Shown here: piece by piece, positions 53,771 through 64,000 of the stretch | How positions within the stretch are numbered: the stretch's first letter is position 1 | How the letters are laid out: each line of letters begins with the position of its first letter | Assembly: GCA_963714605.1 (NCBI GenBank) | Contig: CAVQOW010000005.1 | Coordinates: 5,584-69,583, forward strand | Direction of reading: 5' to 3' | Origin: an uncultured Verrucomicrobiae bacterium | Lineage (GTDB): Bacteria; Verrucomicrobiota; Verrucomicrobiia; Limisphaerales; CAVQOW01 | DNA: 64,000 bases | Position numbers and translations under genes: made by a program | The notes under the pieces: model-generated | Told to the model about the DNA's origin: nothing | The model's database searches: none | Seen by the model: the letters and a program-made list of their open reading frames with translations, nothing else

Positions 53771-56700
53771 ATGCCATCGCGAGCCACAGAACGAATCAAC
53801 TTCGGCAAGATCAAAGAGATCATTGCACCGCCGAACCTGATCGAATTGCAGACCGCATCCTACAAGGAATTCCTGCAAGCCGATTCGTCGCCCAAAAAGC
53901 GCCAGAAAAACACGGGCCTCGAAGCCGTATTCCGCGAGGTCTTTCCCATCGAGAGCTACGACGGCAAGTGCGTGCTTGATTTTGATGAATACGAAATCGG
54001 CGAGCCGAAAGTGGACTGGCTGGAATGCCTTCGTGAAGGTCTGACCTACGGCGCACCGCTCTACGTCACCTTCCTGCTCAAGGAGGAAGGCAAGAGCGCG
54101 AAGGAAGAAAAAGTGTTCATGGGCGAACTGCCGCTCATGACGCCACAGGGCACGTTTGTCATCAACGGCGCGGAGCGTGTCATCGTCAGCCAGCTTCATC
54201 GTTCGCCGGGTCTCGCCTTCGAAGCGACACAACACCCGAACGGCAAGCTGCTCCATTCGTTCCGCATCATCCCCGACCGGGGTTCGTGGTACGAGGCGCA
54301 GTTCGACACGAACGATTTGCTTTACGTCTATCTGGACAGAAAAAAGCGCCGGCGAAAATTCCTGACGACTACTTTTTTCCGCGCCCTGAGTTATCTCGAT
54401 GTCGAAGCCAAGGGCAAGGAGAGCGGCGAAAAAACGCGCGGCACGGACGAGGAAATCCTCAAGCTGTTCTACGAGATTGAGGAGCTCACAGTCAAAGAGG
54501 CAGAGAAACTCGAAGACCTGCCGAACAGGGTTTTGATCCAGGACGCCGTTGACGCGGAAAAGGGCCTTGTGGTCGCGCGCGCTTTCAAGCCGTTGTCGAA
54601 GGCCGTCGTCAAACAGATTGCCGAACTGGGCGTCAACAAGATCAAGGTCGTGGACACCACGTCCGATGAAGGGATCATCATCAAGTGCATGAAGAAAGAT
54701 CCCGCCAAAAACGAGGAAGAAGCCCTCAAGGACATTTACCGGCGCTTGCGCCCCGGCGACCCGCCGACGGCAGCCAACGCACGTGCCCTCGTCAAGCGCC
54801 TGTTCTTTGATCCGAAACGGTACGATCTCGGCCGTGTTGGCCGGTACAAAATCAACCAGAAACTCGGCATCAAAGGCGGAGATTCGCGCATCCTCACCAA
54901 GATGGACTTGGTCGCCGCCACGAAGTACCTGCTTCGCCTCAAAAAGGGCGAAGGCAGCCTGGACGATATTGATCACCTCGGCAGCCGCCGCATTCGTACA
55001 GTCGGCGAACTGCTCTCCAACCAGTGCCGCGTCGGCCTGGCCCGCACCGAACGCCTCGTCAAGGAGCGCATGACGCTTTTCGATCAGAGCATCGAAGCGA
55101 TGACGCCGCAGAAGCTCATCAATCCGAAGGCGCTCAGCGCGGTCATCCGTGATTTCTTTGGGCGTTCGCAACTGAGCCAGTTCATGGATCAAATCAATCC
55201 GCTGGCCGAGTTGACGCACAAGCGCCGTCTCTCCGCGCTCGGGCCGGGTGGTCTTTCCCGCGATCGCGCGGGCTTCGAAGTCCGCGACGTGCATCCGTCG
55301 CACTATGGCCGCATTTGCCCGGTGGAAACGCCTGAAGGCCCGAACATCGGTTTGATCGCGTCGCTGGCAACGTTCGCGCGCATCAACGATTTTGGCTTCC
55401 TTGAAACGCCGTATCGCAAAGTCAAAGATGGCCGCGTCACTGGTGAAATCGAATATCTCACCGCTGACCGCGAGGAGCAATATGTCATTGCGCAGGCCAA
55501 TTCGCCGATTGATGAGAAAGGGCATTTTACCACGGATCGCGTCGTGTGCCGTGGGAAAGGCGACTTCATTGATGTCGAACCGGCCCGCGTGGACTACATG
55601 GACGTGTCGCCCAAACAGCTTGTGTCGGTGGCGGCGGCGCTGATTCCTTTCCTGGAGCACGACGACGCGAACCGCGCGTTGATGGGCTCGAACATGCAAC
55701 GCCAGGCAGTGCCGCTGCTCGTCACCGAGTCGCCGCTCGTGGCCACCGGCCTTGAGGAACGCGTCGCCCGCGACTCCCGCGCCATTCTGGTCGCGGAAGA
55801 GAATGGCAAAGTCGCCGCCGTCAGCGGCGATTACGTCGTCGTCACTGATGACGGCAAATTGCCCGAAAGCAAAAAAAGGATTAAGCACGATCCATCAAAA
55901 GGCATTTGGGTCTATCCGATTCGCAAGTTCATGCGGTCAAACGCTGCCACGTGCATCAATCAGAAGATTCTGGTGCGCAAAGGCGATTCGGTGAAAAAGG
56001 GCCAGGCGATTGCCGATGGCCCGTGCACCAAGGACGCCGAATTGGCCTTGGGTCGTAACGTGCTTTGTGCGTTCATGCCGTGGAACGGCTACAACTTCGA
56101 AGACGCCATCCTCATCAGCGAGCGCATCGTGAAGGACGACGTGTTTACTTCGATCCACATTGACGAATTCGAAGTGGCCGCCCGCGACACCAAGCTCGGC
56201 CCTGAGGAAATCACGCGCGACATTCCCAACTTGGGCGACGAAGCGCTCAAGAATCTGGGGACCGACGGGGTCATCCGCGTCGGCGCAGAAGTAAAACCCG
56301 GCGACATTCTGGTCGGCAAAATCACGCCAAAATCCGAAACCGAACTTGCGCCTGAAGAGCGCCTCTTGCGAGCCATCTTCGGCGAAAAAGCGGCGGACGT
56401 GAAGGACACGTCCCTTAAAGTTCCGTCGGGCACTTACGGCATTGTGATGGACGTGAAAGTGTCATCCAAGAAGGACAGCGATCACGCCAAGCCATCCATG
56501 TCCGAGGAAAAACGCCAGACCAAGCAGATCGAAGACGACCACAAGAAGAAAACTGACGAGTTGCGTGATCAACTTACCGAGGCGTTGAGTAATATTTTGC
56601 TTGGCGAAAAAATTCCACTCGACGTGGTCAACAGCGAAACCGGGGAAATCATCATTCCCGCGAACCGCAAAATCACGAAGACGCTCTTGCGCAAACTCGC

Positions 56701-57670
56701 GACCGTTTACGACCGCATCGAAATTGATCCGTCGCCGATTCGCAACAAGATCAACGAGATCATCGGCAGCTTCAAAAAGAAGTTCGACGATCTCCAGATG
56801 CAGTATGACGAGGAGATTGAGCGCGCGGAATCAGGTGAAGGTGTGGAAACCGGTGTCATCAAGTCGGTCAAGGTTTATATTGCCTCAAAGCGCAAACTGT
56901 CCGTCGGCGATAAAATGGCCGGTCGTCACGGCAACAAAGGCGTGGTGGCCAATATTGTGGCCGAGCAAGACATGCCGTTCCTTGCGGACGGGACTCCGGT
57001 GGACATCGTGTTGAACCCGTTGGGCGTGCCGTCACGCATGAACGTCGGCCAGGTCCTTGAAACGCACCTGGGTTGGGCGGCGAAAATTCTCGGTTTGAAA
57101 TTCGCCACGCCAGTGTTCGACGGCATCAAGGAAAAAGACATTCGCAAATACGTCGAGAAGGCGGGCACACAGTTGAAGGGACATGGCGATCAGCCTCTGG
57201 TTGGCGAGCATGGCAAGACGCATTTGTACGACGGTCGCACCGGCGAGCAGTTCGATCAGGAAATTGTCATCGGCTACATTTACATGATGAAACTCGGCCA
57301 CTTGGTCGCGGACAAGATTCACGCGCGCGCGGTCGGGCCGTATTCCCTCGTCACGCAGCAACCGCTGGGCGGCAAGGCGCAGTACGGCGGCCAGCGCTTC
57401 GGGGAAATGGAAGTCTGGGCCATGGAAGCCTACGGTGCTGCTTACACGTTGCAGGAGCTTCTGACCGTAAAGTCTGATGACGTCCAAGGCCGCACGCGCA
57501 TTTACGAAAGCATCGTCAAAGGCGACAACAGCCTCGAAGCGGGCATTCCGGAATCCTTCAACGTTCTCGTCAAGGAAATGCAGTCTTTGTGTTTGGACGT
57601 GAAGGTCGGTTACACGAACCCGATTGAACAACCCGCCGAAACCGCCGCGACCGCGCTGTCGTCGGTCTAA
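53771..57670 (+). CDS. rpoB: RNA polymerase beta subunit
   Basis: [64 protein letters not shown]. Confidence 0.99.
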   Translation: MPSRATERINFGKIKEIIAPPNLIELQTASYKEFLQADSSPKKRQKNTGLEAVFREVFPIESYDGKCVLDFDEYEIGEPKVDWLECLREGLTYGAPLYVTFLLKEEGKSAKEEKVFMGELPLMTPQGTFVINGAERVIVSQLHRSPGLAFEATQHPNGKLLHSFRIIPDRGSWYEAQFDTNDLLYVYLDRKKRRRKFLTTTFFRALSYLDVEAKGKESGEKTRGTDEEILKLFYEIEELTVKEAEKLEDLPNRVLIQDAVDAEKGLVVARAFKPLSKAVVKQIAELGVNKIKVVDTTSDEGIIIKCMKKDPAKNEEEALKDIYRRLRPGDPPTAANARALVKRLFFDPKRYDLGRVGRYKINQKLGIKGGDSRILTKMDLVAATKYLLRLKKGEGSLDDIDHLGSRRIRTVGELLSNQCRVGLARTERLVKERMTLFDQSIEAMTPQKLINPKALSAVIRDFFGRSQLSQFMDQINPLAELTHKRRLSALGPGGLSRDRAGFEVRDVHPSHYGRICPVETPEGPNIGLIASLATFARINDFGFLETPYRKVKDGRVTGEIEYLTADREEQYVIAQANSPIDEKGHFTTDRVVCRGKGDFIDVEPARVDYMDVSPKQLVSVAAALIPFLEHDDANRALMGSNMQRQAVPLLVTESPLVATGLEERVARDSRAILVAEENGKVAAVSGDYVVVTDDGKLPESKKRIKHDPSKGIWVYPIRKFMRSNAATCINQKILVRKGDSVKKGQAIADGPCTKDAELALGRNVLCAFMPWNGYNFEDAILISERIVKDDVFTSIHIDEFEVAARDTKLGPEEITRDIPNLGDEALKNLGTDGVIRVGAEVKPGDILVGKITPKSETELAPEERLLRAIFGEKAADVKDTSLKVPSGTYGIVMDVKVSSKKDSDHAKPSMSEEKRQTKQIEDDHKKKTDELRDQLTEALSNILLGEKIPLDVVNSETGEIIIPANRKITKTLLRKLATVYDRIEIDPSPIRNKINEIIGSFKKKFDDLQMQYDEEIERAESGEGVETGVIKSVKVYIASKRKLSVGDKMAGRHGNKGVVANIVAEQDMPFLADGTPVDIVLNPLGVPSRMNVGQVLETHLGWAAKILGLKFATPVFDGIKEKDIRKYVEKAGTQLKGHGDQPLVGEHGKTHLYDGRTGEQFDQEIVIGYIYMMKLGHLVADKIHARAVGPYSLVTQQPLGGKAQYGGQRFGEMEVWAMEAYGAAYTLQELLTVKSDDVQGRTRIYESIVKGDNSLEAGIPESFNVLVKEMQSLCLDVKVGYTNPIEQPAETAATALSSV

Positions 57671-57710
57671 GACAATACGAATTTAACGATACGCTGAAAC
57701 GAACAACCTT

Positions 57711-61847
<4,137 letters not shown>

Positions 61848-61863
61848 GCCACCAACTATCGTC

Positions 61864-61893
61864 AAAGGCGTTCGGTCTCCGGACGCCTTTTTT
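61864..61893 (+). terminator. Intrinsic terminator after rpoC
   Basis: aaaggcgttcgg-tct-ccggacgcctttttt. Confidence 0.85.
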
Positions 61894-62380
61894 GTTTCAA
61901 TCAAGGCGATCCGCGTTTGTGTGAGAATTTCCGAAGGAATTCTTGACAAATGTCGGTTGGAGTCTAAAAAGTCACTCGTCGGATGTCTCATCCAAAACGA
62001 ATGTAGAAAAACAAAACCTTAAAACCAAATTTGCGTAGCTTTGGTTGCGGTCGAACTGGAAAACCGCGAATTTTCTTACTGCAAGACCGACCAAGCGCGC
62101 GCCAATCGGCGCGGCTTGGCGTTACTCTTGCAGTGGGCGCTTCGCGGTGCCTCCAGTTAGGGTGCGTTAAGTTCGCGCCCTTTAGTTCCGTAGGGCAGCT
62201 TCGCAGGGAAAGGACAACATGAATACTTCAGAAGGCAGAACGTTCTCCACTGCGTGGGTTTCACGCTTTATGCGTCAACTTCACGCGCGCCACTCGACAG
62301 ACAACCTCACGGACACGCTGATTCCTCCCAAAAATCTCGCTGGCACTGTCGATGCTACATCGGTGCGGAAAGGCAAGCGA

Positions 62381-63356
62381 ATGAACAATCGCGGCTGGGT
62401 GGGATGGATGGCGATGGCAAGTGTGCTCTGGTTCACGCAGATGGCCAATGCACAACTTGTCCCAGCCGGGGATGTGCCCATGACAGGAAGCTTTTACTCG
62501 ATGCAACGCACGAACTATCCGCCGCTGCCGTTCGATAAATTTCCCGATTTGCCAGTGTATCATCTGAATGGCAATAGATACCTCATTGATGACCTGAGTG
62601 TAGATTACGAACAGTTGCGGCAGTAGGCTGAACTGCAGGCGGCGCTGGAGGCTGTGGAGGCAGGTTCTTCCGGTGGGTCTTTCAACCCCATGACAGCTGG
62701 CCATTCTTCCACCAACCTTTGGCTTGAAATCACCGCCTTTACCAACAACACCGCTGCGCTGGTCATCCATCGGCCGTTGAACGATACCAACGTGGCGTAT
62801 GATCTGTATTATACCACCAACGTGTCGATGCCGCGCCCTTGGTATTATCTGATGCGCTGTATTTCCAATATCAATAATGTCCTCGTGACGAACCTGTGCG
62901 ATCAGCAGGGGTTTTATGAATTGGTCCGGACCAATGGCGTTTTAACGGTGATTCCTCCCGTACCGCCTCTATTTACCAACTCGACGCCGCTACAGTTGGC
63001 GCGATTGCTGGTGCCCCCATGGGTCACGGTCACCAACGCGACCTTCAAAGGAGCGTACGTGGCCCGGGGCACATTCGCTGGTGGCATCGGCTGCGGCCTG
63101 CCGATAGACAGTGGAGTGATTCTATCTACTGGCCACATCACCAACGCCATCGGACCCAATAACGATTCTGGGTGGACAGCGAGGACGAATGGTTCTTCAG
63201 ACCTGAGTTCATTCAATACAAGCTTTGACACTAATCTGAACGCTCTTATTGGCAATGAATGGGGACAAGACGCTACGGTGTTGGAATTCGATATTATTTC
63301 ATCAAATTCCTTTGTCTTGCAATTTCAATACGTTTTTGCTTCCGAAGAATACCCAT
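62381..63356 (+). pseudogene. Truncated secreted protein with partial choice-of-anchor L-like domain; in-frame TAG at 62624
   Basis: Signal peptide MNNRGWVGWMAMASVLWFTQMANAQ; frame stays open after TAG through GVILSTG..DATVLEFD..FQYVFASEEYP, where similarity stops. Confidence 0.65.
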
Positions 63357-63376
63357 CAGTGAAGGAAGGAGTTTAT

Positions 63377-64000
63377 ATGAAAAAAACAATTCTCGTCCTC
63401 GTTTGGGCAGTCGGCATGTCGTTACCACGGGTTGCGCCAGCGCAAGGCACTCTCTATTTGTCGAATCTAGGCTCAACTTCAGATGGCAGCGCGGCCATTG
63501 GAAGCGATGCTTGGATCGCTCAAGTGTTTTATACAGGAAACAATCCCGATGGCTACGCCCTCAATTCCATTCAATTGCTCATGAATCAAGCCTCGGGAAG
63601 CCCCAGCGGTATTGCTGTTTCGATTTACAGTATCGTAGGTGTTTCGCCGGGAAGCAGCCTTGGTAGTCTTAGTGGTTACGATCCGGCGGCTGGCGGCGTT
63701 TTCGACTACACCGCTTCCGACATTACGCTGTCGCCTTCAACTGGTTATTGTATTGTACTTACAGGTGCAACCTCTGCTGCTCAGGGCTCTTATTTTTGGA
63801 GTTTCTCCGGTTTCACTTCCCCGAACACCATAAGTCCCAGCGACCCGTGGGAACTTAGAAATGTTTATTATAGCTCGACCGACGGTTTAAACTGGACAGG
63901 CCATGGCCATGGCGAGGGTTTGGGTTATTCTCAAGTTGCAGTGTATGCAACGCCGGTGCCGGAACCGTCAGTGGATTGGTTAATTTTAATCGGAGGAGGG
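63377..64000 (+). CDS. PEP-CTERM protein with choice-of-anchor R-like domain (runs off window; absent from ORF track)
   Basis: AAGGAG RBS, signal MKKTILVLVWAVGMSLPRVAPAQ, YLSNLG..WIAQVFYTG..YALNSIQL, ends VPEPS plus hydrophobic stretch. Confidence 0.85.
   Translation, partial: MKKTILVLVWAVGMSLPRVAPAQGTLYLSNLGSTSDGSAAIGSDAWIAQVFYTGNNPDGYALNSIQLLMNQASGSPSGIAVSIYSIVGVSPGSSLGSLSGYDPAAGGVFDYTASDITLSPSTGYCIVLTGATSAAQGSYFWSFSGFTSPNTISPSDPWELRNVYYSSTDGLNWTGHGHGEGLGYSQVAVYATPVPEPSVDWLILIGGG

Noticed and set aside
62624-62626. Stop-codon recoding (pyrrolysine or alternative code)
   Set aside because: TAG is a normal stop elsewhere in the window (tuf, tpiA, emrB) and no recoding genes are present.

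Overview
Bacterial chromosomal segment, most consistent with Verrucomicrobiota subdivision 3 (inferred from the S21, EF-Tu and PEP-CTERM-associated protein types). Many 1-bp indels break essential genes (pgk, tpiA, tuf, rpsU, lysC), so most frameshifts are probably long-read errors. The backbone holds a split carB C-terminal half, pfp, lysC, hom, psd-pssA, amrS/amrB, oppABC, pgk-tpiA-secG, murJ, ispE, rpsU, mlaEFD, tRNA-Phe, lptF/G, a TetR-RND-EmrAB efflux operon and the tRNA-Thr-tuf-tRNA-Trp-tRNA-Ser-secE-nusG-rplKAJL-rpoBC cluster. Four accessory features stand out. (1) A ~12 kb biosynthetic cluster: carbamoyltransferase, half-C-A(Ser)-T NRPS, KS-AT-ACP-C-A(Ala)-T-TE hybrid with a Cys-nucleophile thioesterase, and an Sfp PPTase; the carbamoyltransferase gene lies between two pieces of a condensation domain. 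(2) A solitary integron gene cassette (attI-like site, ORF, attC) with no integrase, interrupted by an IS5-family element. (3) A four-helix-bundle gene bracketed by inverted heptamer arrays, with gene-less 7/8-mer arrays at other gene junctions. (4) A truncated secreted-protein gene fused in frame to a PEP-CTERM gene at the right end.
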